Shown in pieces: positions 9,656-19,210 of a DNA stretch of 64,000 nt (positions are counted from its first letter, which is position 1; each line of letters begins with the position of its first letter). Origin of the DNA: Candidatus Bathyarchaeota archaeon (GTDB lineage: Archaea; Thermoproteota; Bathyarchaeia; 40CM-2-53-6). The position numbers and the translations under genes were made by a program. The notes below the pieces were generated by a model. The model was given only the letters and a program-made list of their open reading frames with translations, was not told where the DNA came from and did not search any database. The DNA is taken from the NCBI GenBank assembly GCA_963726255.1, contig CAVSBL010000002.1, positions 256,001 to 320,000 on the forward strand, read 5' to 3'.

Positions 9656-10692
9656 AGTGGTGATCGAATGACTGCTTGGTCGTTCGGAAGTTGGGTTACG
9701 TACTCCCAGCCCTCAGTGATTGCTTCCGCGACCTGACTCATTGGTATGATTTTCTGTCGGTTCTTGCCGTTCAGGCCGAAGAAGCTGGCTGCCTTTTGGT
9801 GGAGTAGGTCTCTGAATTGGTCGTTGGTGAGTTTGCCGAGGTCTATTTTCTGGCGTTCTTCTTCGGTGAATCCAAGCATCTCAAGCATTGTCTCCCGCAT
9901 GCTGCTTCGCACCCTTTCTGGAGTTTCTGGCCTTTTGCCGAGGGTTGTTAGGTGGGCTTCGTCCAGTCTCTCGTAAGCTTTCCTTAACCTGTCCAGGTCT
10001 TCGTTGAGGAGGCTACGGTACTCGTAGCGGCTTTTGCTGATGGTCGCTCGGCAAGTTACGAAGGTTGGGATGGCATTGAACTCGACGGTGCCGTTTGCGA
10101 TTTTCATTTCGGGAAAGTCGCTGATTTTGAGGCCGTCAACGCCGGTAAGGTCGCCGAGGGTCTGATCTCTGAACCCTGAAAACGCCATGAGGCTGATGGC
10201 GACTTTTTGCCTGATATCTGCAGCATCGAGGATTCTGCGGAGTTCCTCGTTCGTGGGGGGCTTTTCTTGGGCGTAGAGTCCTGTTTCGGGGGCCACTTTG
10301 TACTCGACTTCGACGTGCTTCCGGTTGTGTTTGAACCAGCTTTTCGCGGTCTTGAAGAGGTTGCTGATGTAGCTGCTCCGTTTGCCGTTGTCTTCGAGGA
10401 GGCTGATCATGTCCTCAGTCCAATCCTCCGCCTTCCGCTTGCTTAACCTGGCTAGTTCCTTCGGGCTGGTGTCGAAGTGTTCACAGAGCCAGCCGAGTCT
10501 GCTGAGGTTCTTTCCTGCTGACGCGGGGCTGCGCCGGAGGAGCTTCCGGAACCACCGTTGAACGTTCGGATCGTCGAGGAGGTCCTTGTATTTGGACTTC
10601 TGCATGAAGGTGGGTTTGACGCGGAGGGATGGTGCGCGGGGCGGAAGCTTCAGCGCCTTCTTAACCGGCGGCTTTGCCTGATCTGGAGTCAT
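9652..10692 (-). pseudogene. Tyrosine recombinase/integrase with internal in-frame deletion of the catalytic C-half
   Basis: Core-binding domain plus PTNEELRRIL...MAFSGFR (catalytic Arg) and SKS (Lys) present; HxxR, second His and Tyr region absent after RSLLNE. Lies directly downstream of tRNA-Trp; SD GGAGGGTG precedes ATG 10692. Confidence 0.75.
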
Positions 10693-10771
10693 TAGGCACC
10701 CTCCCCACTGCCTACCGGGACTGTTCTGTGGGTTCTGGATGTTAATTTTGCTAAGACCCACTGCGTGAACG

Positions 10772-11000
10772 TGGTGGGGCCGAAGGGATTCTCATGGTTC
10801 TGGGGTGAACCATTTTGAACCCTCGACTTCCGCCATGCCGTCATGTCTACGGGTTTCTTCGCTCCTGAAGTTCGTCATTCCGTTCAGGTCCGCAAACCCG
10901 TTAAGGTTTGGTCTTCTGGAGCCCTTGGCGGGAACGTGTCCCTGTCGTCATCCCTGGCTAGAGTCCGTCACTCCCACGTGGTCACTGTGTCTACGGCCCC
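10772..11000 (-). tRNA. trnW: tRNA-Trp(CCA) with five introns (10963-10990, 10925-10943, 10855-10915, 10828-10846, 10789-10813)
   Basis: Six exons join to GGGGCCG TA GTCT AGCCAGGGA TGAC G ACGGG CTCCAGA CCCGT AGGTC GAGGG TTCAAAT CCCTT CGGCCCC A CCA (77 nt); all stems pair; BHB or relaxed BHB motifs at the junctions. Confidence 0.9.
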
Positions 11001-11133
11001 ACATCGGAACCGACAGGGCGGCCCCAGCCCAGTCAGCATAGGTAGTTGCTATATGGATTTTGGCTACTTTCAGCCGATACGCGTAGCCCGTCAAGTAGTA
11101 ATACTGCTATGCAGGAACTCTGGCTGAAGGTTC

Positions 11134-12354
11134 TTGCTGAAGATCGGGCTCATTGGGAAAACGAACGCAGGCAAGACGACGTTCTTCAACGCCGCAACCC
11201 TACTGAGCGCTCCCGTCTCAACCTACCCATTCACGACCAAGCAGCCGAACATCGGACAGGCATACGTTAAGACAATATGCGTCTGCAGAGAACTCGGCGT
11301 GAAAGACAACCCTAAGAATTCCACCTGCATAGACGGCGCCCGCTTTATCCCCATACAGCTCATCGACTTGCCCGGCCTAATCAAAGGGTCATGGATGGGC
11401 AAAGGTCTCGGCAGCCAGTTCCTAAGCGTCGCGTCCCAGGCGGATGCACTCATCCACGTTGCCGACGCGTCAGGAAGCGTCGATGGCCAAGGCAAACTCA
11501 CGAAGCCGGGTATGGGGAACCCAGTGGCCGATGTCTACGACATTGAGGAGGAGTTGGTTCGCTGGTTCGCCAAAATCATCGAGAAGACCATCAAGAAACT
11601 TGGAAAGCATCCCAAGAAGGGTTCGTCCATTGACAGGCTCCTCACGCAAGATCTCGCGGGGTTGAAAATTACAGGCGAACATATCGCGAGAGCCCTTGAG
11701 GCCAATGCACTTGTGGACAAGGGACTTGGGCGATGGAAGCATGAAGACGTTTGGAACTTTGCGAAAAGCCTTAGACAGTTCTCAAAACCAACCGTCATAA
11801 TCGCAAACAAAATGGACCTTGCACCCGCGGATAAGAATTACGAGAAACTTGTAAAGGAATTCGGCCAGGCTTTTGTATTGCCCGCCTCCGCTGACGCGGA
11901 ATTAGCTCTGCGTCGCGCTGAACAGAAGGGATACGTTGAGTATGTTCCCGGCGAGGAAGCGTTCCGGGTGAAGAATAGGGAGAAGCTGACGGCTGAGCAG
12001 AGGGAGGCATTAACTTACGTTGAGCAGCGTGTTTTCTCAAAATGGATTCAGACTGGTGTGCAGTTCGCACTGAACACCTGTGTCTTCAAATTGATGGGCA
12101 TGAACGCAGTCTACCCTGTCGAGGATACGGAGAAATTATCAGACAAGAAGGGAAACGTGCTCCCCGATGTGTTCCTCGTTCCGTACAACGCCTCAGTCAC
12201 CGACTTGGCCGCCCAAATACATACCGAACTGGCGAAGACTATGATCTACGCGGTTGACGCGCGAACGAAGATTCGGGTGCCAGCCGATTACAAGTTGAAA
12301 GACCGTGATATCATAACAATCGTTGCGGCCGCAAAAGGAAAAAGGGTAAGCTAG
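11134..12354 (+). CDS. ychF: Obg-family YchF/OLA1-type ATPase/GTPase with TGS domain
   Basis: GKTNAGKTT, YPFTT, DLPG, NKMD motifs; C-terminal TGS domain. Confidence 0.93.
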   Translation: MLKIGLIGKTNAGKTTFFNAATLLSAPVSTYPFTTKQPNIGQAYVKTICVCRELGVKDNPKNSTCIDGARFIPIQLIDLPGLIKGSWMGKGLGSQFLSVASQADALIHVADASGSVDGQGKLTKPGMGNPVADVYDIEEELVRWFAKIIEKTIKKLGKHPKKGSSIDRLLTQDLAGLKITGEHIARALEANALVDKGLGRWKHEDVWNFAKSLRQFSKPTVIIANKMDLAPADKNYEKLVKEFGQAFVLPASADAELALRRAEQKGYVEYVPGEEAFRVKNREKLTAEQREALTYVEQRVFSKWIQTGVQFALNTCVFKLMGMNAVYPVEDTEKLSDKKGNVLPDVFLVPYNASVTDLAAQIHTELAKTMIYAVDARTKIRVPADYKLKDRDIITIVAAAKGKRVS

Positions 12355-12920
12355 GCGCCAACGACCTTCAACAGGTCGGCCTTAGTAATTATTCCTTGGA
12401 CATGGCCTCGCTTCGTGACTAAGACCGCTGGCGCGTACTGCAGCAGGGTGGAAACCATCGACAGCGGTGTCTCCTCATTTACGCTCGGAAAGGCCTCGTC
12501 CATGATCTTCTCAATCGGCTGCTTGGACACTTCATCTGGTTTCGGTGCTGAAACCAACCTCTCGAGGATGATCTTCTCCGTCAGGCTGCCCACAACCTGA
12601 TTATCGTTAAAGACTGGGAGTTGGGAGAAGCCCGTCTCACGCATTATGCGGACGCCTTTCGACACGGCATCATGCGCGTGGACGCCGACCACTTTTCCAT
12701 GGCTGATGTCTTTGGCTTTGAACTGATTTCTACGTTCCAATCCTTCTAGGGTATCAAAGATTGCTTTCGTCTTAAGGTAGGAGGGGCTGATTCGTTTGCT
12801 TTCGACCTTGGCGATCATGGACTGGCTTACCCCGGCGAGGCTAGCGAGTTTCTTCTGGCTGATCGCGAGTAGCCTTCGCCGTCTGCCAATCTCTTCGAGG
12901 CCCGGCAACATGCTCTTCAT
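12351..12920 (-). CDS. XRE-HTH plus CBS-pair transcriptional regulator
   Basis: SQKKLASLAGVSQSMIAKVE HTH; two CBS motifs (FSQLPV, GIITKADL). Confidence 0.9.
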   Translation of the reverse strand: MKSMLPGLEEIGRRRRLLAISQKKLASLAGVSQSMIAKVESKRISPSYLKTKAIFDTLEGLERRNQFKAKDISHGKVVGVHAHDAVSKGVRIMRETGFSQLPVFNDNQVVGSLTEKIILERLVSAPKPDEVSKQPIEKIMDEAFPSVNEETPLSMVSTLLQYAPAVLVTKRGHVQGIITKADLLKVVGA

Positions 12921-13070
12921 ACCTGTTTCCGAAGGTTATTCTTATGAGAATACTTTCTGTCTTAGACTTATATTATAGGAATATCGGACTTCCGCAAATA
13001 ACTTACCGGAGAATCGCCATTGAGCAAAATTCGAAGCGCTGGCGCCCCGTCTACGAATGTGGCAGTCGCT

Positions 13071-14225
13071 ATGAGTCAGAGGCCAAGGTCATTTCTGTTT
13101 ACGTCGGAAAGCGTTACTGAAGGCCATCCAGACAAAGTTGCAGACCAAATATCGGATTCCATACTCGATGCAATTCTCGAGAAGGATCCGAAGTCTCGTG
13201 TCGATATTGAGACTTTGATTATGAAAGGCACGGTAATTGTCACGGGGCAAATATCCACCAATGCGTACGTGCCCATGAACCAAATTGTTCGAAACGTTCT
13301 GAAGGACATTGGCTTCGACAACGCTAAAGTTGGTCTCGACTGGGAGGCCTGCGGAGTTCTGGTCGCCATAGAAGAACAATCCCCGGACATCGCGATGGGT
13401 GTTGACAAGGAGGATATTGGGGCTGGCGACCAGGGTATGATGTTCGGGCACGCTACAAATGAAACGCCGGAGCTCATGCCGTTACCCATAATGCTCGCCC
13501 ACAAGCTCGTGAGGAAGCTGGCCGAGGTCCGAAAACAGAAATTGCTAACCTACCTGCGACCGGATGGCAAATCGCAGGTCACCGTAGAGTACGAGAATGA
13601 CAAGCCGAAGAGGGTGGAAGCCGTCGTCATAGCAGCCCAACATGACGATCATGTGAGTAGGGAGCAGCTGAGAAAAGACATTATCGAGAAGGTAATCAAA
13701 GCAGTCATACCGAGGAATATGCTTGACGAGAACACGAAATTCTTCATCAACGAAACAGGCCGCTTTACAATCGGAGGGACCCTCGCAGACACCGGGCTAA
13801 CTGGTAGGAAAATAATCGTGGACACCTACGGCGGAATCGGTAGCCACGGTGGCGGATGCTATTCCGGAAAAGACCCGACCAAAGTTGACCGGTCTGGAAG
13901 CTACATGGCTAGGTACATTGCAAAGAACATCGTTGCCGCAGGGCTGGCCGAGAAGTGCGACATTCAAATCGCCTACGCCATCGGTGTCTCAAAGCCGGTT
14001 TCAATTATGGTCAACACCTACGGAACCGGAAAGGTACCGGATGAGAGGATTACGGAGGCTGTGAAGAAGGTCTTCGACATGACTCCGAAAGGGATAATTG
14101 AACATCTGAAATTACGTCGTCCCATATACAGAAAGACAGCCGTCTACGGCCATTTCGGCCGCGACGATCCTGAATTCACTTGGGAGCGCACCGATAAGGT
14201 GGACGAACTCAAGGCGAGTCTCTAG
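13071..14225 (+). CDS. metK: S-adenosylmethionine synthetase, bacterial/eukaryotic type
   Basis: [41 protein letters not shown] signatures. Confidence 0.97.
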   Translation: MSQRPRSFLFTSESVTEGHPDKVADQISDSILDAILEKDPKSRVDIETLIMKGTVIVTGQISTNAYVPMNQIVRNVLKDIGFDNAKVGLDWEACGVLVAIEEQSPDIAMGVDKEDIGAGDQGMMFGHATNETPELMPLPIMLAHKLVRKLAEVRKQKLLTYLRPDGKSQVTVEYENDKPKRVEAVVIAAQHDDHVSREQLRKDIIEKVIKAVIPRNMLDENTKFFINETGRFTIGGTLADTGLTGRKIIVDTYGGIGSHGGGCYSGKDPTKVDRSGSYMARYIAKNIVAAGLAEKCDIQIAYAIGVSKPVSIMVNTYGTGKVPDERITEAVKKVFDMTPKGIIEHLKLRRPIYRKTAVYGHFGRDDPEFTWERTDKVDELKASL

Positions 14226-14351
14226 CCTTCATCGGCTCACGCTATGGTTGCCGAGCATCCCCGTATGGATGAATTTGCAGGTCAACACCATTACGTTGAT
14301 TAAGTATCGCGGCTCGTTCCCACGCTGAAACCAAGTCAACGGCGGACATGC

Positions 14352-15440
14352 ATGTCATCAAACAAACGCCTTCAGGCAGTCCAGAATATCGGCAAGGCCC
14401 TTGCATTGATCCTTGCAGTTTTCTCCACGCTCAGTTACATAATCTCCATGACCATTGGCCCAATCCTGTTCTTCTCCACAACAGATGGCCTAACTGTTGC
14501 GGCCCGACAAATCCATCAAATCCCCATCGACGTATTCATGGTGATAACGATCCCCGTGCCAGTGGGCGTTAACTTGGGGATTTTGTTCGCTGGGATCTGG
14601 GCGTTTTTCGCGGCCTGTTTCATTTTTGCTTGGCTTAGTCGTGGTGGCTTTGTTAAGGCTGTCAGGGATGTTCTCTCGAAGTCGGTTTCGGTGGCGAAGA
14701 TGAACTTCCTTTTCATCATGCCCCTCATAGCTTGCGCTCTTCTGTACGCCACAGTCCTGATCGACGAGTTTCAGGCAACTCAGGGAGTTCAGACCGGTAG
14801 CCTAAACTTCCCCCCGGCCACCAGCCCGTACCTCATCCTGTTGGAACTTGCCTTCGCTCCGCTCCGTGAGGAGTTTGCCTTCCGCATAACCTCAATCGGT
14901 ATCCCTCTCGGAATCGCCCTCTTGTTTCTATTTCGCTCTGACCCGAAACTTGCAGGCCCACTAAACAAGGCAAAATTGTTTCTACTTGCAATGTTCAGCC
15001 CCGACCGTGCCAAGCTGAAACTCGGCTATAGAAACGTAAGCACGAATGGTTTCTGGCATGGCATAAGCCCGCTCGAATGGGCGTTGATTCTAGTAACCGG
15101 TTTTGCGTTTGGCACAGCTCACCTCCTATTCGGAGGCGGCTGGGAAGTTGGCAAAGTAACAACTGCTTTCATGGCGGGTGTAGTGTTTGGGGTAGTCTAT
15201 GTTGCGTACGGTGCCTACGCGCCTATCTTGCTGCACTGGTTCTTCAACTATTATTTCACAGTGCTCGATATGGGAGCTTCCACTTACGGGGGCGTGTTTC
15301 AAATGTTCTCAAATTTGAGCGAAGTTACAGCCCTGGCCGTAGGGCAAGTGGTGCTTGTCGTCTTCCTTCTGGTGGCAGCCCTGAAGGTATCGGATTCTCT
15401 GACGCTAAGGGCGGCAGGGATGGGCGGAAGTAGTAGTTGA
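14352..15440 (+). CDS. CPBP (CAAX/Abi) family intramembrane metalloprotease
   Basis: REEFAFR, FGTAH and LHWFFN motifs in a multi-TM protein. Confidence 0.85.
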   Translation: MSSNKRLQAVQNIGKALALILAVFSTLSYIISMTIGPILFFSTTDGLTVAARQIHQIPIDVFMVITIPVPVGVNLGILFAGIWAFFAACFIFAWLSRGGFVKAVRDVLSKSVSVAKMNFLFIMPLIACALLYATVLIDEFQATQGVQTGSLNFPPATSPYLILLELAFAPLREEFAFRITSIGIPLGIALLFLFRSDPKLAGPLNKAKLFLLAMFSPDRAKLKLGYRNVSTNGFWHGISPLEWALILVTGFAFGTAHLLFGGGWEVGKVTTAFMAGVVFGVVYVAYGAYAPILLHWFFNYYFTVLDMGASTYGGVFQMFSNLSEVTALAVGQVVLVVFLLVAALKVSDSLTLRAAGMGGSSS

Positions 15441-15582
15441 TCGAATAGTCTTATACGACTAAGCAGTTCTCAAATAAAATAGGTTAGGGGCTTGTATCAC
15501 CGCCAAGTCTAGTAACAGCAAAACAACCTAATTCTCTGAATAACAGGCGAAGAGTAAACTTCGAATTGGGTGAATACCCGGG

Positions 15583-17943
15583 ATGAGCGCTGAGAAAACT
15601 GAAACAATGAAGAGATTTCTCCCTTCGATAGGCGAAAAGCGCTGGGACCACAATCTAGAACGAGCGATGTTTGATGAGTGGCAAAAGGAAGGGATTTACG
15701 GCTTCAAACTAGGAAGAGCGGGCAGGCCGTTCGTAATCGACACCCCACCACCGTACCCATCCGGTACGTGGCACATCGGTGCCGTCGCACAATACTCCCA
15801 AATCGACATGATCGCCAGGGCCGAACGAATGTCCGGCAAACAAGTTCTATTTCCAATCGGTTTCGATCGCAATGGTCTGCCCGTAGAAATTTACACGGAA
15901 AATCTATACCACGTAAAAATGCGGGACACACCTAGAGAGAAATTCATCGAACTCTGCGCTACAGCCCTAGACGATCTTGAGAACAACATGCTCGGCATCA
16001 TGAAGCGAATCGGACTCAGCGGCGATTACGCAGGAAAGTATCGGACTGATGAAGCACAGTATAGGAAGCTGACCCAGAGCAGCTTCATCGACCTCTGGCA
16101 TCAAGGGCTTATCTACGAAGCAACCCGCCCCAACAATTACTGTAACGATTGCGGAACAACCATTGCCGACGCTGAAGTTGAATACGAGGAGTTGCCCACC
16201 CGTCTCGTGCACGTGAAATTCACGATCAAAGAGACAGGTGAACCTCTAGTAATCGCCACAACGAGGCCCGAACTCATCTGCTCTTGTCAACTGGTAATAG
16301 TAAACCCATCCGATGAAAGATACATCGGCCTTCATGGGAAACATGCTACGCTTCCAATTTTCGACCGCACGGTGGAAATAAGGCCGCACCCAAGCGCGCG
16401 GCCAGAATTCGGGACCGGCGCCGTAATGATATGCAGTTACGGTGATTACACAGATGTTCTCATTTTCAGGGAGCTAGGCCTCACGGAAATCTTAGCCGCA
16501 GGCCAAGATGGCCGATTGACTGAGGCGGCAGGACCCTACCGAGGGTTGAGAATGGAGGAGGGAAGGTCCAGAATCGTGCAGGACCTTGCGGCTAAAGGTC
16601 TTCTAGTCAAGACTGAGAGCATCGTACATCGAACGCCGATTTGCTCGCGAAGCCATACACCGATCGAAATCATACCCATGAAGGAGTACTACCTTAAACA
16701 ACTAGACTTTCTGCCGAAGCTCAAGCAGCTCGCGAAGAAGATCATTTTTCACCCCGACGCCAACCGACAGATCTTGCTGGATTGGTTAAATTCCATAGCA
16801 ATCGACTGGCCGATCTCACGGCGCAGGGTATACGCCACAGAGATACCTGTCTGGTACTGCAAGAAATGTCGGGCGCCATTTGTCCCACCGGGCGGAGAAT
16901 ATTACAGGCCATGGAGGGACCCGCCCCCCATCGAAAAATGTTCCACGTGCGGTCACACGGAATTCGAAGGCGACAGCCGAACCTTTGATACTTGGATGGA
17001 CTCGAGCGTTTCTGCCATGTTCATAGCCAAGTCTCGGAGGGACTCGAAGTTCTTCAAACGAACCTATCCTGCGAGCATTAGGGCACAGGGAAAGGACATC
17101 GTTCGGACCTGGCTCCATTACTCCATTCTTCGATGTTTCCAACTTACCCGCCAAGCTCCCTTCACGCACGCCTGGATTACCGGAATGGGAATGGATGAGC
17201 AGGGGCAGGCGATGCACAAGAGCAAAGGCAACGTCATAGAGCCAGAGCCAATCCTGGAGAAATATGGCGCGGACCCCTTCAGGTTCTGGAACGCATCCGA
17301 AGCAACCCTCGGTTCAGATTTCCGTTGTTCCGAAGCGCGAATTGCAGCCGCGCACAAGTTTCTAACTAAACTTTGGAATCTATCCAGATTCATTTCCTCT
17401 TTCCCCCAAGTCGAAAGCGCCACCTTGCTTCCCAGTGACAAGTGGATACTCGCAGAACTAGCCGTCTTAGTCCAGAAATGCTCCGCTGGATACAAAGATT
17501 ACAACTTCTTTGTCCCTGCCACAGAAATCAGAGATTTCGTGTGGGAAACCTTCGCCTCACACTATGCTGAGATGGTGAAACCAAGAGCGTACGGTCAAGG
17601 TTTTTCAAAGTCAGAACAGAGAGCAGCGTGGTTCACCCTACACACAGTGCTGAAGAACGTGCTGCTGCTGCTCGCCCCAATAACGCCGTTCTTGACGGAC
17701 CATATATGGCGGCAGCTTTACTCGCCCAAGAGCATACATGTCCAGAAGTTGTCCAAGCCGGCTTGGTCCAAGGCTCACAAACGTTACACGGAGAAGGTGC
17801 TTGCATTCAACCGAGAAGTGTGGAAAGTCAAGAAGGAAAAGAACTTGACCCTCCGCGACCCTGTAGAAATTCAGGTTCCAAGCGTCCTAGCCCCGTTCAA
17901 GGACGACCTGACCCGGATGCATTCGTTAATCCCCAAACCATAG
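15583..17943 (+). CDS. valS: Valine--tRNA ligase
   Basis: IDTPPPYPSG, HIGA (HIGH variant), DTWMDS, AMHKSKGN (KMSKS variant). Confidence 0.95.
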   Translation: MSAEKTETMKRFLPSIGEKRWDHNLERAMFDEWQKEGIYGFKLGRAGRPFVIDTPPPYPSGTWHIGAVAQYSQIDMIARAERMSGKQVLFPIGFDRNGLPVEIYTENLYHVKMRDTPREKFIELCATALDDLENNMLGIMKRIGLSGDYAGKYRTDEAQYRKLTQSSFIDLWHQGLIYEATRPNNYCNDCGTTIADAEVEYEELPTRLVHVKFTIKETGEPLVIATTRPELICSCQLVIVNPSDERYIGLHGKHATLPIFDRTVEIRPHPSARPEFGTGAVMICSYGDYTDVLIFRELGLTEILAAGQDGRLTEAAGPYRGLRMEEGRSRIVQDLAAKGLLVKTESIVHRTPICSRSHTPIEIIPMKEYYLKQLDFLPKLKQLAKKIIFHPDANRQILLDWLNSIAIDWPISRRRVYATEIPVWYCKKCRAPFVPPGGEYYRPWRDPPPIEKCSTCGHTEFEGDSRTFDTWMDSSVSAMFIAKSRRDSKFFKRTYPASIRAQGKDIVRTWLHYSILRCFQLTRQAPFTHAWITGMGMDEQGQAMHKSKGNVIEPEPILEKYGADPFRFWNASEATLGSDFRCSEARIAAAHKFLTKLWNLSRFISSFPQVESATLLPSDKWILAELAVLVQKCSAGYKDYNFFVPATEIRDFVWETFASHYAEMVKPRAYGQGFSKSEQRAAWFTLHTVLKNVLLLLAPITPFLTDHIWRQLYSPKSIHVQKLSKPAWSKAHKRYTEKVLAFNREVWKVKKEKNLTLRDPVEIQVPSVLAPFKDDLTRMHSLIPKP

Positions 17944-17995
17944 GTGAATTGCAACAGTTTAATATCACAACCATTGTTGTAGATTTTCGGTTTCA

Positions 17996-18286
17996 ATGAA
18001 GATATCCGAACTAAAGCCTGGGACTAGGAGTGTTAACGTCACGGCTAAAATCCAGGAGATGTCAGAAGCAAGAGAAGTGACGACGCGTAGGGGCGAACAG
18101 TCGCGTGTCGCGACTGCGGTAATCATCGATGATTCCGGCACCGTCAAGCTAAACCTTTGGAACGAGCAGATAGACCAAGTGAAGGTCAACGACAATATTG
18201 CAATCGAGAATGGTTACGTGGACAGCTTTCGGGGTGAGACTCAACTTAACGTGGGCCGGTATGGGAAGCTAACTGTGCAACCCTAG
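17996..18286 (+). CDS. ssb: Single OB-fold single-stranded DNA-binding protein
   Basis: KISELKPG...DDSGTVKLNLW...ENGYV...LNVGRYG. Confidence 0.9.
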   Translation: MKISELKPGTRSVNVTAKIQEMSEAREVTTRRGEQSRVATAVIIDDSGTVKLNLWNEQIDQVKVNDNIAIENGYVDSFRGETQLNVGRYGKLTVQP

Positions 18287-18328
18287 GCCAGCCTCCAAAT
18301 CCCGTTCCGTTGCGGTTGGGGCCGCATT

Positions 18329-19207
18329 ATGAGCGCAGACGACCGCTTCGAGGAAATCAAGCGGCTTCTCGACTCCACAATAAACGAATTCCAAACTCTG
18401 TTCCAGTCAGCCGGTGGTTTCGAGGATTCACGGGTTGGAAATGGCTGGGCCCATGAGAAAATAGCCCCTGAGATTTGCTATCTGCAACCGAAGCCCTTTG
18501 AAGAATTAACCAAAATTGCCGAAGGGCACAAACGAGCGTTATTCAGGAACCGGGTCTTCTCATTCGTGAAACCTAAAGACCAAGACGTGCAATCGACGAC
18601 CTCGCGGCTGAAATTGGTGCCCTTTTGGCGAATCAAAGGCTACCATGAATGCTTCTACTTCCGGGGCAATTCCTACAAGATTGATTTACCTGAAGACGTG
18701 GTCGCCGTGGAGGTTGAAGGCAAAATACGCGACCTACTAGGGCGAGAGGAAGTCGACTCGCAGGGTTTGACTAACCTCGCCAAACGCCTACTCGGAAAAA
18801 AGGAGTGGGTCACCACGAAGGCAATTCGCCTGGGCGATGTTACAGAGCTTGCATACATGTACAAGGAGGGCTCGATTTTCGTGGACGCCGACGGTAAGGA
18901 AAACCTTGAGGCCGAAGCCTTTTTCGATCGCAATTTGCCGCTTCAACAAGTGACGATTAATCAGTTGAAGAAGGAATTTCCAAACGCAGAGTTAGGCGCT
19001 GGTTCGATTACGAAGGAGGACCTGATTAGAAAGCTTCATGCTATGGTTGTGAAGCCGCCAACGGCGTTTTCGAAGATTCTTAGCAATCGCTTTCAAATTA
19101 CGCAGCTGGCGCAGTACTTGATGCCTATGTATTCATTCGTTTTTGAATGGCGCGGGCAAAGAAGGGAACTCACGGTTCACGGGTATACAGGCGGAATTCT
19201 TCAGTAG
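18329..19207 (+). CDS. Conserved hypothetical protein
   Basis: 292-aa ORF co-oriented with ssb; no motif recognised. Confidence 0.7.
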   Translation: MSADDRFEEIKRLLDSTINEFQTLFQSAGGFEDSRVGNGWAHEKIAPEICYLQPKPFEELTKIAEGHKRALFRNRVFSFVKPKDQDVQSTTSRLKLVPFWRIKGYHECFYFRGNSYKIDLPEDVVAVEVEGKIRDLLGREEVDSQGLTNLAKRLLGKKEWVTTKAIRLGDVTELAYMYKEGSIFVDADGKENLEAEAFFDRNLPLQQVTINQLKKEFPNAELGAGSITKEDLIRKLHAMVVKPPTAFSKILSNRFQITQLAQYLMPMYSFVFEWRGQRRELTVHGYTGGILQ

Positions 19208-19210
19208 AAT

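Larger units (their letters stand above)
1..10771. mobile_element. Composite integrative/defence island at the 3' end of tRNA-Trp; left boundary outside the window
   Basis: Integrase next to the tRNA 3' end, two tRNA remnants, defence genes, pseudogenes, no core genes. Confidence 0.7.

Noticed and set aside
10822-10935. Reading the multi-intron tRNA as tRNA-Ala(GGC) using CCGCC/GGCGG as the anticodon stem
   Set aside because: No U33, no G3:U70 pair and no BHB-consistent junctions; the Trp parse satisfies all stems and splice motifs.
9652-11000. SSV1-type split integrase (intN/intC)
   Set aside because: The tRNA-derived sequence is outside the gene; the loss is an internal deletion with both termini retained.
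10805-11127. Track ORFs 10805-11041 and 10843-11127
   Set aside because: Antisense to the tRNA-Trp gene; no protein motifs.
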